Assembly (NCBI RefSeq): GCF_006345805.1
Contig: NW_021832278.1
Coordinates: 1 to 64,000, forward strand
Source: Octopus sinensis
Taxonomy: Eukaryota
DNA length: 64,000 bases
Direction: 5' to 3'
This document shows, one piece after another, positions 26,197 through 40,385 of this stretch. The translations under genes and the position numbers were made by a program. Within the stretch, counting starts at the first letter, position 1. Each line of letters begins with the position of its first letter. The notes below the pieces were generated by a model, which searched no databases, had not been told where the DNA came from, and saw only the letters and a list, made by a program, of their open reading frames with translations.

Positions 26197-26244
<48 letters not shown>

Positions 26245-26354
26245 TACACTACTCACATAGGCCTCACTTCTGTCGTTATCTCTCTTTACATTCGAATGTG
26301 TAAGTGTGCATGTATATATATATTATATATATATATATATATAATATATATATT

Positions 26355-26432
<78 letters not shown>

Positions 26433-26621
26433 CATATATATATATATAGATATATATATATGTATGTATGTAACAGTCTCTTCCCCTCCTCACTCGCTTC
26501 CCTCTCTCCAACTATTTAAAAACGTTTTGTCTTCTATATTTATTTTGAAACTGTTGTCTTTGCGTTCTACTTGAAGCAAATAAAGAAATTTTCATCTTTA
26601 GAATTATTATGCCTTATTGAA

Positions 26622-26623
<2 letters not shown>

Positions 26624-26706
<83 letters not shown>

Positions 26707-26900
26707 GTTATTGTTATTATTATTATTATTATTATTATATTATTATTATTATTATTATTGTTATTGTTATTATTATTATGGTTATTATTCGTATTAGTAT
26801 TGTTATAAAAAAGCAATACTTAAGTCAGAACTATTATCATTCATTTTATTATTATTACAATTATAATTCTTCTTATTGTTGTTGTTGTTGTTGTTTTAGT
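26624..26900. repeat. (TAT)n / (TGT)n microsatellites
   Basis: Direct reading. Confidence 0.95.
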
Positions 26901-27049
26901 AGCAGCAGTGAGAAATAGAAAAAAAAATAGTGTTGAGTGTTTTGTAATGAGATTTGCTGAAGTGCTTCAGGGAAATTGGTGACTGGATACAGAGAATTTC
27001 TGTGGAACAAAGGGACACGATAAGAGAATTCTGTTTCATTTTGTTAAAT

Positions 27050-27575
27050 AACAACAACAGCAGCAGCAGCAGCAGCGCTTGCTACAGCAATGCAATATTC
27101 AATAACGCCACCGCGACAACCACAGCAATCACCATCCCTACCATGACCATAGACACCATCAACAACAGCAGCAATAACAGCAACTGTTGTGATAACGACG
27201 AGAACCAATAGCAGGAACACTAGTACAGCAAGAACGACAAGAACAACCGTACGGAGTAGGACAGTGTTACATTTACTACCAGCACCACCAGCACCGCCAC
27301 CACCATCATCCTCACCACCACCACCGCCACCACCACAACCACCACAACCACCACCACCACCACCATTACCACAATCACGACGATGACGACGACGACGACC
27401 ACCATCACCATCACAGACACCACCATCACCACCACCACCACCACCACCTCCACCACCACCATCAACAACAACAGCAACAACAACAGTAACAATAACTAAC
27501 AACAGCAACGCCACTACTACCACCAACAACAACGACAGCAACACCACCACCACCACCACCATTAACAACAACACC
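27050..27575. repeat. CAA/CAG/CAC/GAC trinucleotide mosaic
   Basis: Direct reading; source of the poly-P, poly-G and poly-V ORFs. Confidence 0.9.
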
Positions 27576-27623
27576 AAGAAGACACTTTTACCGACTATAC
27601 TCGATATCTACAGCGCCACTACC

Positions 27624-27854
27624 TATTTCTTTACTACCCACAAGGGGCTAAACATAAAGGGGACAAACAAGGACAGACAAACGGATTAAGTCGATTATAT
27701 CGAGCCCAGGCGTAACTGGTACTTATTTAATCGACCCCGAAAGGATGAAAGGCAAAGTCGACCTCGGCGGAATTTGAACTCAGAACGTAACGGCAGACGA
27801 AATACGGCTACGCATTTCGCCCGTCGTGCTAAACGTTTCTGCCAACTCGCCGCC
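27624..27854 (-). mobile_element. SINE family A, full length
   Basis: 10-bp TSD CGCCACTACC (27614-27623 / 27851-27860), partly overlapping the SINE 5' end. Confidence 0.88.
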
Positions 27855-28284
27855 ACTACCATCACCACAAACAGTAATACTAGCAACAATTCCCTGACAC
27901 TAACACCACTAGCACCTTTAGCACCATCACCATCATCGCCATCACAACAAACATTAATACCCCAACGCCATCATCGCCGCAAAGAATTACAACAAAAATA
28001 GTGATTCTACAATGAAAGCTCTTACACCAAAATCACCATAGCAATTAAATCATTACCACCACAAACAACAACAGCAATAACAATAACAAGGCTGTAGTCG
28101 CTCGATTGCTGGATATAGCTGCCAAATGCCTCTTTAAATCACACGTTACCATCTTGAATACAGATAAAACAAGATTAATTTTGTAATCTTGTTTCTCTGG
28201 AAATGAAACGAGATAGACATGATTGAAACACTTCCATCTTAGTTTCGATTGATTAGACTTGAGTTGAGACTAAGCTCTACTACA

Positions 28285-28720
28285 CTGGCCACAGCCCCCA
28301 CCGACACCACAGCTCCCACCGACACCACAGCTCCCACCGACACCACAGCCACCACCGACACCACCACGAAGACCGCCAACACCACCACTAATATCGCCCT
28401 CATCACTGTCATCGTCATTGAAACTAACACCACCACCTACACCATTTCCATCTCCCCAACCATACAAGCACAAGCACAAATGTCACCACCGCGAATAACA
28501 CCAGCAGCACTGAGACGTTTATCACCATCACCAACACTAGAAGCATCATTGGCACTAACTTTACCATCACCACCACCGCCACCAGCACCAGCACCAGCAC
28601 CAGCACCACCAGCACCAGTACCAGCACCAGCACCAGCACCACCACCAGCAGCAGCAGCAGCAGCAACAACAGCAATTGCAGTTGCAGCAACAACACTAGC
28701 AATAATGAAACAGCAGCAGC
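28285..28720. repeat. 18-bp minisatellite (caccgacaccacagctcc) followed by (CACCAG)n and (CAG)n
   Basis: Direct reading. Confidence 0.85.
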
Positions 28721-28789
28721 ACCAAAGATAATTCTTTGTAATGTTGACGCAAGGTCGGCAATTTTGAGGGGCAGGGGTAAGCAGATCTT

Positions 28790-28930
28790 ATGGGCTCTAG
28801 CACCCCACTAGACCCCGAAACGTTGAAAGACAATATCAACCACGGCGAAATTTGAATCCAAAACACAAGAAACTGGAAGAAATGCCGCTGGGCATTTTGT
28901 CCTACGTGTTCAGATTCTGTTAGCGCGCCA
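28790..28930 (-). mobile_element. Old SINE family A-like copy
   Basis: gaccccgaaacgttgaaagac...ggcgaaatttgaatcc...gcattttgtcc. Confidence 0.55.
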
Positions 28931-29689
28931 TCAATAATTAAAATCAGAAAATACAAGCCTGAATGTATAAGTTTTATAAGTGAAAACAACTAAAAAGAAA
29001 AGGGCAATTATACCAGCATCTGTTTTTGCAAGAGAGTTCACTGAGTACAGAAATATGTATCTATGAATATAGTTTCTCTTATCAAAACAAAATAATTAAA
29101 AAAACAAACCAAAAGATTAGGTGTGACATCAATTTCGCATCCTTCAGATTTATATATTATTATTTTTCTTTTTGGCTTCTTTTTAGATTACTTCCTCACA
29201 CCAGAAATCTCACGGAACTTTCAACAGTCTGATGTCCAGAAGAAAAAAATCCCCACCCCCCCAAATGGAGTGAAAACAAAGAAGTAACGTCTTATAGAAC
29301 TTTCTTCTGCTTCGTAAATGGAAAACAAAAGATAAAGATGAAGGGTTCAGTACCAGATCTCCCTCCCGAGACAACGCCTTAATAACCCCCAAGAATATCT
29401 ACAGAAAATAAGTGTTATATATATTATGATATTGGAGGTGATGGATTGTTACATACTAAAAATATTCCAGAAACAGACAGTGAACTGACATCGTGTGATC
29501 CACATCTGGCAGTATGGTTCGGATAGATAACGTGTATTTTGGGTTAAGATCAGATATGGTTATGACAAAAAAAATCCGTTTCAGTGAAATCAGATGATTA
29601 TTTTTGTTATTTCAAAAGTTCCTTGTTACATACTTCACGAGAATGAAGCATTTTGAGGAAGTGGCTTCTGTGCAGCTCGTAGAACGCAA

Positions 29690-29995
29690 CCAGAAACTGT
29701 GTGAAAGTCTTGTTGTATCCATCCATCCATATATACACACACACATACACACACACATACACATGTGTGTGTCTTTGTGCTTGTGTTTGTTTTCCCTATA
29801 CTACTTGACAACTGGTGTTGGTTCGTTTACGTCTCCGCAACCTAGAAGTTCGGTAAAAGAAACTGATAGAATAAGTACTATATTTTTAAAAAAATAACTA
29901 AAGTGATCGATTTGTTACCCATAAGGCTGTGTTCCACTATGGCTGTTGTCCAATGACTGAAACAAGTAAAAGGTATAGATTTTGATTCCAGCCGA
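29690..29995 (+). mobile_element. SINE family B-like 3' part, diverged
   Basis: cttgacaactggtgttg...gatagaataagtact...gactgaaacaagtaaaa. Confidence 0.65.
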
Positions 29996-30234
29996 GACCA
30001 CAAACTTTTCTCAGCGAAAATAGCATTAATGAATGGAAAAAAAAATCAGAAGAAAAAGTGAAAACACTTGAATAAAGCCGATTCCACAGACATTCTATGA
30101 TGGAGTTCAATATTCTTGTAAGGAATCTTTTTTTTATGTTGATATGGAATTGGAAAAAAGAAACAAAAGAAATGCTGGACGGAACTCTTGTGCTTGTTGT
30201 AGTCGTGGAAATCATTTAATGATAGTAAAGAGAC

Positions 30235-30813
30235 CATTACCTGTGTCTGAGTGGCACTCTGTCGCCTGCGACGACACGGGTTCCAGTTGATCCGATAAAC
30301 AAAACAGCCTGCTCATGAAATTAACTGGCAAGTGGCTGAGCACTCTACCCACAAGTGTACCCTTAAAGTAGTTCTCGGGGAGATTCAGTGTGACACAAAA
30401 TGTGACAACGCTGATCCTTTGAAATACCTATTTCTTTATTACCCACAAGGGGCTAAACACAGAGGGGACAAACAAGGACAGACATAGGTATTAAGTCGAT
30501 TACATCGACCCCAATACGTAACTGGTACTTAATTTATCGACCCCGAAAGGATGAAAGGCAAAGTCGACCTCGGCGGAATTTGAACTCACAACGTAATGCA
30601 GACGAAATACCGCTAAGCATTTCGCCCGGCGTGCTAACGTTTCTGCCAACTCGCCGCCTTTTGAAATACCGGTAATACTCATGTTCGCCAGCTTAATGGA
30701 CTGGAGAAAACGTGAAATGTCTTGCTTAAGGACATAACGCGCCAAACTCGCGAATCGAACTCGTGATCTTACGATGGTGAGCCGAATCCTCAAACCACTG
30801 AGTCACGTGCCTT
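30235..30813 (-). mobile_element. SINE family C interrupted by a SINE A
   Basis: Head at 30670-30813 (reverse strand gactcagtggtttgagg...gagttcgattcgc...gtccttaagcaagac); body appears to continue at 30235-30428. Confidence 0.7.
30429..30659 (-). mobile_element. SINE family A, full length
   Basis: 11-bp TSD TTTGAAATACC (30418-30428 / 30660-30670). Confidence 0.9.
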
Positions 30814-31588
30814 CAAGAAGAGATTATTAGGACAATGCATTGCATGAAGGAGTTTTAGAAATAATGGAACTTTTACAATTTAATTTACTTTTGACAGACC
30901 ACCGTAACGAATTTAGCACTCCTGGTAATGGTAAACAGGAATCTGCCAAGTACTTTTTAGTTTGTATAGATTCAACGCTAAATCTGACTCATGCTGACCA
31001 CCTAACCGTTATTACATAATATGTTGTTTCTGGAAAGAAATGTTTGTAGCTTTCCTATAACCTGAATCTGACAAGGTTGAAGTAGTAGCTACATCTCTTC
31101 TAAGATTTCTTAGAAAGCAATGTATTAATTTTGAACAGGGAACAAGCAGTCCTACTATAATGCCATCAGTTTATTCGTATATTATACAAGAATGTAAGCC
31201 AGAGTTGAGAATCTCATTCTCTCTACTGCTCACTCATAGAATCGTACTTGACAGGCGGCAACCACTTGCTGTGTTAAAGTTGTTGCTTATTTTGATTTCA
31301 TACAATTATTATATGCTTGTTTTATTGCGTCAACACACTGGCAGGAAAACATAATGGAGTCTTTAGAAACAAATAAGCAGCAGTAACTGTGAAATTCCTG
31401 TCAGACAATCGGTCAATAACGGCTTTTGCTACTCAAAGCCTTGATGAATACAACCGTTTTCAAAATGAACTCAGAAACATCAAAAGAAATAGGCAGTTGG
31501 GTTTATATTAATTCTTCAAGACGTAACTCAATGCAGAACAGAACATAGAATCCTAGATTACATGCATATGCATACATACATACATACA

Positions 31589-31621
<33 letters not shown>

Positions 31622-31672
31622 GTGTATATTATAAGTACACAATGAAAATGTTCGTGTGCATTTGTTTTTGCG

Positions 31673-31703
<31 letters not shown>

Positions 31704-31705
31704 TA

Positions 31706-32121
31706 GGCGCAGGAGTGGCTGTGTGGTAAGTAGCTTGTTTACCAACCACATGGTTCCGGGTTCAGTCCTACTGCGTGGCACCTTGGGCAAGTGTCTTCTG
31801 CTATAGCCTCGGGCCGACCAAAGCCTTGTGAGTGGATTTGGTAGACGGAAACTGAAAGAAGCCTATCGTATATATGTATATATATGTATATATGTGTGTG
31901 CGTGTATGTTTGTGTTTGTCCCCCTAGCATTGCTTGACAACCGATGCCGGTGTGTTTATGTCCCCGTCACTTAGCGGTTCGGCAAAAGAGACCAATAGAA
32001 TAAGTACTGGGGTTACAAAGAATAAGTCCCGGGGTCGAGTTGCTCGATTAATGGCGGTGCTCCAGCATGGCCGCAGTCAAATGACTGAAACAAGTAAAAG
32101 AGAGTAAAAGAGAGTAAAAGA

Positions 32122-32123
<2 letters not shown>
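31706..32123 (+). mobile_element. SINE family B, full length
   Basis: A-box tggctgtgtggt, B-box ggttcagtcc, CORE-like ccttgggcaagt, internal TA/TG repeat, (GAGTAAAA)n tail; (TA)n on both flanks. Confidence 0.9.
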
Positions 32124-32176
<53 letters not shown>

Positions 32177-32270
32177 GGTGCCCCAGCATGGCCACAGCTC
32201 GTGAGTGAGCTGAAACTAGAATCAATCAATCATATGAGGACGCTATATGATGTTGCCCAAGCATTTAAAT

Positions 32271-32351
<81 letters not shown>

Positions 32352-32703
32352 GCGAATATAGATAGCCAAATAAAAAGATGAAATGTTCATACAATGTAGA
32401 ATTAAATCAGCATAGGGAAAGTTTACAAATTACGTAAAGCACATTTCCTATAACATCATCGGAGATGTGTAATTATCAGGCGTAGAATTGTTGCAGACAA
32501 AATGCAATAGTTATAGTTGTAGCCATCGATGACATGGCTCGCGACTTCAGCGAATTGATAGCAATGGAGAACAGGACAAAGAAGAGTTAAAAGAAGAACG
32601 AGAAGAAGGACACTAGCAACAATGGCGATGTAAACGACGCATACCAGCGAATAGAAAGAGTTATCCATGCTTTTGAACACTTTCCATACAGCATGCATGC
32701 CTA

Positions 32704-32768
<65 letters not shown>

Positions 32769-32826
32769 TTATTTATATATATATATGTATATATATGTAT
32801 ATATATATATGTATATATATATATAT

Positions 32827-32860
<34 letters not shown>

Positions 32861-32955
32861 CATATAGGTATGCACATATAAATGTATATATATATATATA
32901 TGCGTATAATATGCATAGGATATGTTATATACATATGTATATATCTATATCTATA

Positions 32956-32995
<40 letters not shown>

Positions 32996-33017
32996 ATATA
33001 TATATATATATATAATG

Positions 33018-33053
<36 letters not shown>

Positions 33054-33149
33054 TAATATGATGCACATATAAATGTATATATATATATATAGCGTATATA
33101 TATGCATATATATGTATATACATATGTATATATCTATATCTCTCTCTCT

Positions 33150-33182
<33 letters not shown>

Positions 33183-33231
33183 TATATATATATATGCAGA
33201 GGGATAAATACATTATATATATATATATATA

Positions 33232-33276
<45 letters not shown>

Positions 33277-33949
33277 TGCATGTGTGTGTCTCCATGTATA
33301 TTCAGAAAAGTAAAAGAATTATCATAAACCAGTATATTGAGTGCAACACACACACACACACCACGCACGCACACACACACTGTGAGTGTGTGTATATATA
33401 TATGTACGTGTACACACACAAAAAGAAAAATGAGCGCTGCAAAAATACATTAATAATGGAAGCGTAGGAAGAAACTTTTTATATAAAGTTATAAATGAGA
33501 TGTTTTAAGACAGAAATCTTTAAAAACAAGAAAAAATTCACATAAATAAATGAAAAATTAAAAATAAAGGAAAAGAAGACCATTATAAATAGGTGTTATT
33601 TGAATATTGCCAATAGCCAGTACAATTATTGTAGGGTGAAAAAGAAATAACTTTAACGATAGTTCTTAAGACATAGGAAATAAAGTATTTGAAATTAAAA
33701 AAAAAAAGAAATAACGAGGGATCGGAAATGAATATGTTCCTCGTTCTCCTCTTCTCTGTGTGTTTATCTATACCTGTCTATATATGTGTGTATGCGTGCG
33801 CATGCGCATGTCTGAGTTTGTGTTTGTGTGTGTCTGTTTATTAGGCACTTGCACACATATATATACATACATATGTATGTGTGTATATATATATATATAT
33901 ATAAGTGTCTATATATGTATGGATATGCCTTCGTACGTACACACACACA

Positions 33950-33996
<47 letters not shown>

Positions 33997-34224
33997 ATCT
34001 ATATATATATAATATATATATATATATAATATATGTGTGTGGTGTGTGTGTGTGTGTGTGTCTGTGCTCTTACACATATATTTAGAGGACAGCCTCTTTA
34101 CATACTGGGGTATGTATTGTGTAAGTGCAAATATATTCTCATGGCATACCGAAATATTTATTTTCGTATAATACATGTATACTAAATAAATGATTTGAAA
34201 TGGAATGAAATATTGATAACAGTA

Positions 34225-34251
34225 GTTGTAATAATAATGATAATAATAATA

Positions 34252-34312
<61 letters not shown>

Positions 34313-34355
34313 TATTATTATTATTATAATAATAATAATAATAATGATGATGATA

Positions 34356-34403
<48 letters not shown>

Positions 34404-34536
34404 ATGATGATTAGAAGAATAAGAATAAGATAAGAATAATTTTAATGATAATATAACATTATAAATATTTTTGCCAATTTTTTTCTTACTCGCATTCCTT
34501 CCCCTGCTCTTTATATCCCTCTGCGTATATTATACA

Positions 34537-34620
<84 letters not shown>
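34225..34620. repeat. (TAA)n, (GAT)n and (TATC)n microsatellites
   Basis: Direct reading. Confidence 0.9.
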
Positions 34621-34621
<1 letters not shown>

Positions 34622-34624
34622 GTG

Positions 34625-35458
34625 CAAACTTGCTGACTTGTGCATTGACTGTTGCATTAGGTGGTAACTATTCGAAGTGAATTACCCTTTTGCAATCCCA
34701 CCAAAGAGAGAATAACCTTTTTTCCATGAAGTTCCCTTCTCGGTTGTGGTTTAGCTTTTATCCTTTTACCAAGCCACTGTTTACGACGTTTAACATTTCG
34801 ATAGAAGATCCATTTTTCGTCAACAGTCACAAGTCTATCCAAAAAGGGTAAAATGAGTTCGCGAGAATGGAGAGAAGAGCAGATGTCAACTCGGAATTTG
34901 CGGTTGCTTTCAGACAATTCATGAGGCACCCATTTTACAAATTTAGGAACTTTTGCAAGTTGTTGAAGATGACGATGAACAGTTGTATGGTTTGAACTAA
35001 GCTTTATTGCCAATTCTTCAACTGATAATACAGGATTTTCTTCAAGTAATGCCTCAAGGTGCATATCATGAAACTGAACTTGACGTCCTGTCCGATCTTC
35101 ATCTTCAAGGCTGAAATCTCCAATACTGAATTTTGCAAGCCATCTTCTGCAAGTTCTTTCATTCAAGCATTCTTTCCCATAAATTGAGTGTATGTTTCGA
35201 GTCGCTTCGGCTGCAGAGTTTCCTTTTTTGTATTCATAAATCATTATGTGCCTTAAATGCTCTTTGGATACTTCCATGTTAGAAAGGGTTTTAATCAAAG
35301 AAATTTTAATTCTATTATTCTGTAAAATATTTAATTAGTTTAAATGTACACATACATAAAAATAATTTTTAATTACATTAGACATTCTAAAATACTTTAA
35401 AATTTCATTCAATTTTTAAAAAAAGGTAAAATCGATGAGAACTTATGGGATGACCTGA
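34625..35458 (-). mobile_element. Mariner 5' half with TIR (same family as 25370-25945)
   Basis: MEVSKEHLRHIMIYEY...; WVPHELS; LVTVDEKWIFY; TIR AGAACTTATGGGATGACCTGA followed by TA. Confidence 0.92.
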
Positions 35459-35489
35459 TATATACACACAAGGTGCGTAGGGTGTTTGA

Positions 35490-36725
35490 GGAGATAACTT
35501 TCTGGGGTTATTGCTGCATTTTTGGCTAACTCTGTATAATTTTGTTTCAGAAAATAATAATGGCAGACCCGCAGCTTACTCAAGAAATGAAGAGGCATGC
35601 TGTCATTGTTGTTATAAAGGCTGAGAATTCAGAAATATCTCAATTTTTTAAATGTTGCCAGATTCTTTCGTCTACAAAGTTTGTAAGTAGCTAGAGACTA
35701 AAGATGGAGACGTATCACCAGAATCAAAGTATAAACAGTATTCTAAACATTCTGAAATCATCAGAACACCTGAATGTATCTAGCAAGTTCAACAGACTAT
35801 TGATTACAACTCCAGAAAGTCCATGAGGTCAATTACAAAAGATCTCCATGTGTCAGAAGGAACAATCACAAATGCTGTCCAAGAAGACTTCAGATATAAG
35901 TCTTATATGATGAGGAAAGGTTAATTTGTCAGAAAAAGCAAAAGAAAATCACTACATCAGGTCTAAAAGGCTCTTTAACAAACTGAAGAAAAAACTAGTA
36001 GAAGATTTGATTTGATTTTTCTTAAACGGGAAAAACTTCGACCAAGATCAAAAAGTTAACAGAATAAATGACAGATGGTTATGTGCAGACCCTCTTGAAG
36101 TTCAAAGTGTTATGCATACAAAATTTCCTGCAACTGTCATGGTTTTAGGGGTTGTTAGCAACGAACGGCATGTGATACAATGTGATACCTTGCGTCTTGT
36201 CACAAGGCCTTAGCGTTAACTCTGCCGCCTATATTGAGGTCCTGGAAATAATTGTTAAGCCCTGGATAGTCAGTGTATGCAATGGAAGGCCATATGTGTT
36301 TCAGTAAGACTCTGCACTATCACACATGGCTCTAGTAACACAGGAACGGATGGCTAAAATCTTCAGGATCACATAACTCCTAACATTTGGCCTCCTAATT
36401 CCCCAGATCTCAATCCATTGGACTATTACATGTGGAGCGTTGTTGAGAGAGAGGTCATTGAACATGCCCATAACACCAAAGATACTATGAAAGCTGCCAT
36501 AGTCTGAGTAATGTCCAAAATGAACAAGGACCACTTGATTCGAGCATGTAGATGATTTAGATCTCATATAGAATCAGTTGTTGAAACTGAAGGTGGATTT
36601 ATTGAATAACATTAGAGAAAAGAAGGTTTATTTTTATCCTCATAGCATGTTTTTATAAATGAAGCTATTATCCGTTATTATGTATCTGTTCTTTTTTTTA
36701 TAAACAGAAATGTGTTATCCAATAT
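35490..36725 (+). mobile_element. DD37D (maT)-type transposon; transposase pseudogene ~35560-36609
   Basis: KNFDQDQKVN; KFPATVMVLGVVSN; GRPYVFQ*DSA; WPPNSPDLNPLDYYMW; ends GGFIE*; many stops. Confidence 0.85.
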
Positions 36726-36741
36726 CTTGCATATATATATA

Positions 36742-37243
36742 TGTAAGAGTTAGCACTTCCTTCTCTAAGCTTGGATTCGAAATCGAATCCAAGAATCATC
36801 GGTCGTCAAATACCAATGCATGTATAGGCGCGAAATTTAAGAATCCCTTTGTTCTGTCAAAAAGTGATTGATCATCTCCCTTTGACCTACGACCTGAGCC
36901 ATGTCAGGCGAAGTTCAACTGGACAAACGATGACCTACTTAAGTAGTAACTCTGTTGCAGTATAGCTATCTTTCTAGCTGTTTGAGATATTATAAATACA
37001 AAGGGGGAAAACAGAGAAACACACAATCAGAGCTGACACAGCAGCAGACACCCCGCGTTTTGGAGACGACTAGAGAAATGCCTACAGGTTACTGTTCTGA
37101 ATGATTCACGCACACACCCACACACACACAAACATATTCATCTTTAATATGTGTTCTGTACAAGCAATGCGTAGCATTTGCTTACATTTGTATGTAGTGT
37201 ACTTATAACCCATGTAAATAAATCCCTTTTTAATCATGAAACA
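36742..37243 (+). mobile_element. Possible solo LTR
   Basis: Starts TG, contains TATAAATA and a late AATAAA, could end in CA; no TSD found. Confidence 0.3.
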
Positions 37244-38171
37244 GTTTATGTATTTATTTACGCACACACACATCCACTACATATATAACACATATTGGTT
37301 ATGTTACGTTACAAAAGAATAATAGTGCTCAATGTTTTTATACATTGCAAGAATTTCGTAAATGCTTGTATGTCTTAATTCATATGACATAATCAGAGAT
37401 TACATATGTTCGGACATTAGCTTCGTTCGCCTGGCCATCCGTGCATACCATTACCTGTACTATATAACACAATATAAAAACAACTGACACTGAAAGCAAA
37501 GCTAAAATTTAATCCAGACTTTAATGTTTACTATTAGATTAAGTGAAGTTCCTTCCCCTAAGAAAAATGTTCTTTATCAGCTGTTAACGTCATTTTCTAA
37601 CTGTTAATTAAAATCATTTTCGTGAGAGTTACATTGTCTGTTAATCAATGAAACAGCGAGGATTCATCGCCATTTTGAATTAAGGTATATTTTTCCATTA
37701 TAGGCTGACTTGCAGTTTTAAGTCGAACAAATGGTCTTATTTTAAAGTTGGATACTTATAAGACAATAATTACTCTACTGGTTCTTTTTTGTGGTCCCGC
37801 TAATTACGGGTACAATTGTAAGCTCAACATTCTAAAAACGTGACAACCCATCTTCACTATACATACATATATTTATCTATATGTATATAATATTTATCTA
37901 TATGTATATAATATGACAATAAGTATCATATAATTACATATATTTATCTACAAGTATGCATATACATACGTACATGCGTACACACATATATCTGATTATC
38001 GGGGAATGGCAGAATGGAAGCATGCCCTGCATGCATCCACAACAAACTTGCACAGGATGAGCAAGAGTTCATTTTAAATTAAGACAATGATGATGATGAT
38101 GTTGTACTCTAAAATGCGAGTTAGTACTCATTTGTCTCATCATTTATTCTACTTTTATTCATTCCGAGCGA

Positions 38172-38420
38172 AGGCGCGGAGCCTAGTAGGTAAGATGTTT
38201 TAATCATGATCATAACGTTGTCGGTTCTACCGAGGGGTACGATGCGTCCTTAGACAAGACTCTTCATTTCACGTTGCTCTTGTCTACTCAGCTGTAATAA
38301 TTATCGGCCAAGTGGGTGTTGATGCAGGCCCGCACTTCCTTCAGTTTGTACGTCCATGAGAGAATGTGTTTGTTTGCACGCGACTACATAAGCAGCTAAA
38401 ACAATTAGTGAGAGCGTGGT
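38172..38420 (+). mobile_element. SINE family C, degenerate
   Basis: ggcgcggagcctagtaggtaag head; gtccttagacaagac...atttcacgttgctc core. Confidence 0.6.
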
Positions 38421-39350
38421 GCATCTCTGGCAATTCATACCCGCTCGTGAGTGACGGATGGTTGTCTTTTGTTCATTTCAATTGATGAATTCAACCAATA
38501 CTACCGACGTGCATTTGTCTACTATCCCTTCTTTATTTTCGAATATGTCTGCTAAATCTCACCTCTCACCTCATTTATGGAATTTAAAGATAAAATGAAT
38601 ATAAGAAGACAATCGCAATTGCTATGATATGATATGAAAAATAGACGAGAGTATATCGCCGTATATTGTCCGGCCATTCGTTATAATAGCTAATACAGTT
38701 CGAATCATTTTGAACAATACTGAGAACATTATGGAATGTTCCCAATCAGAGTAATTTTCTAAGCATAATGGAAACCACTTAAAACAAGATTCCAGTGTCT
38801 TGACACGGACATATCGCCGTGTCACTGACAATGTACGTAATACTGGCCCATCGCTTGTTTTACAGACATCTTATCGATCTGGCCAACGTATTTCTATACA
38901 AATGTAGACATAGATGAATGCTACAGCCATAAATGTACGCACCGATATATCTATTATTCCACACGTTTAAATAACCACATGTGTAGATACCCTTGAGTAT
39001 ATGTATCTGTGTGTAAATATGTGTATGTGCATCTGTGTGTGCGTGCGTTCGTCTGTGTGTGTGTGAATATGTACAGATGCTGTTATTCGAATTTGCGTAA
39101 GATATAAACGTTAGCATTATTTGGATCGTTTAATTTTTGCATTCTTGCCTTTTGTTTCACTCTCTCTCCCTCTTTCTTCATCTCAATTGCTTTGTGTAAC
39201 ACACACACACACACACACGCACACGCACATACATACACACACACATGCGCACACACTCAAGGGTAAGCATATCTATCTGCATATACATACATAGGTTTGT
39301 ATAGTCAAGGCAACATGCAAAAACACAACACAACGTACACAAAAATAAAC

Positions 39351-39386
<36 letters not shown>

Positions 39387-39985
39387 GTATATATATAGGT
39401 ATTCATATATATATATATATGTAAGCATATATAGAGATATATACATGCCTATATACAGACACACACACATACACACACATATATATATATATATATATAA
39501 ATAAATATATATACATACCTATTTATATATACATACATACTCACACGCAAATATATGTGTGTGTGTGTGTGTGTCCTTTCACAACTGCATGGTGTAATTT
39601 CCTCAGGTGTAGAAAGTTAGATAAGTGGAACGCTATAAAACAGCTACAATTGGGAATTGCCTCCCTCCCCAAAAGAATGAACCAAAAAGAAACGTTACTG
39701 CAACTAAGCAAGCAAAGGAAAAGGCAAATAAAATAAATAATAAAACAATGTACGTAATGTTTATACACAGGAAATGGAAGTTGAAAGCTGAAGATTGCAA
39801 CTGGTATAGCGAAAAGGAAGATTGGATGAAAGCAGAATCTCTTTTAAAATCGACGGCGATGACGAAATTAAGAGTTTCTTATAAATGTTGTAATCGCCGT
39901 TAATTTCGATCAGTGATATATATATGTATATAATCATAGGCATATATATATATATATATTATATATATAATATATAATATGTAAG

Positions 39986-40079
<94 letters not shown>

Positions 40080-40239
40080 TATGCATATGGTTACATAATA
40101 CAAGATGTATATATTATATATAATATATATATGTTTATAAATATAAATTTATCTATCTATCTATCTATCTATATATATATATATATATATTTGTATATCT
40201 ATGTATGTGTATATACTACATATATATGTATATATATAT

Positions 40240-40270
<31 letters not shown>

Positions 40271-40276
40271 GTATGT

Positions 40277-40385
<109 letters not shown>

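Noticed and set aside
28249-28731. Mucin-like TAPTDT / proline-rich 160-aa ORF
   Set aside because: Fully explained by an 18-bp minisatellite and CACCAG/CAG repeats; no splice or start context.
30015-30117. Plus-strand candidate exon (ttctcAG...GTAAGG)
   Set aside because: Stops in all three frames even allowing for an error in the poly-A run.
37405-37456. Short minus-strand GNGMHGWPGERS* collagen-like triplet pattern
   Set aside because: Only three Gly-X-Y units before a stop; within chance.
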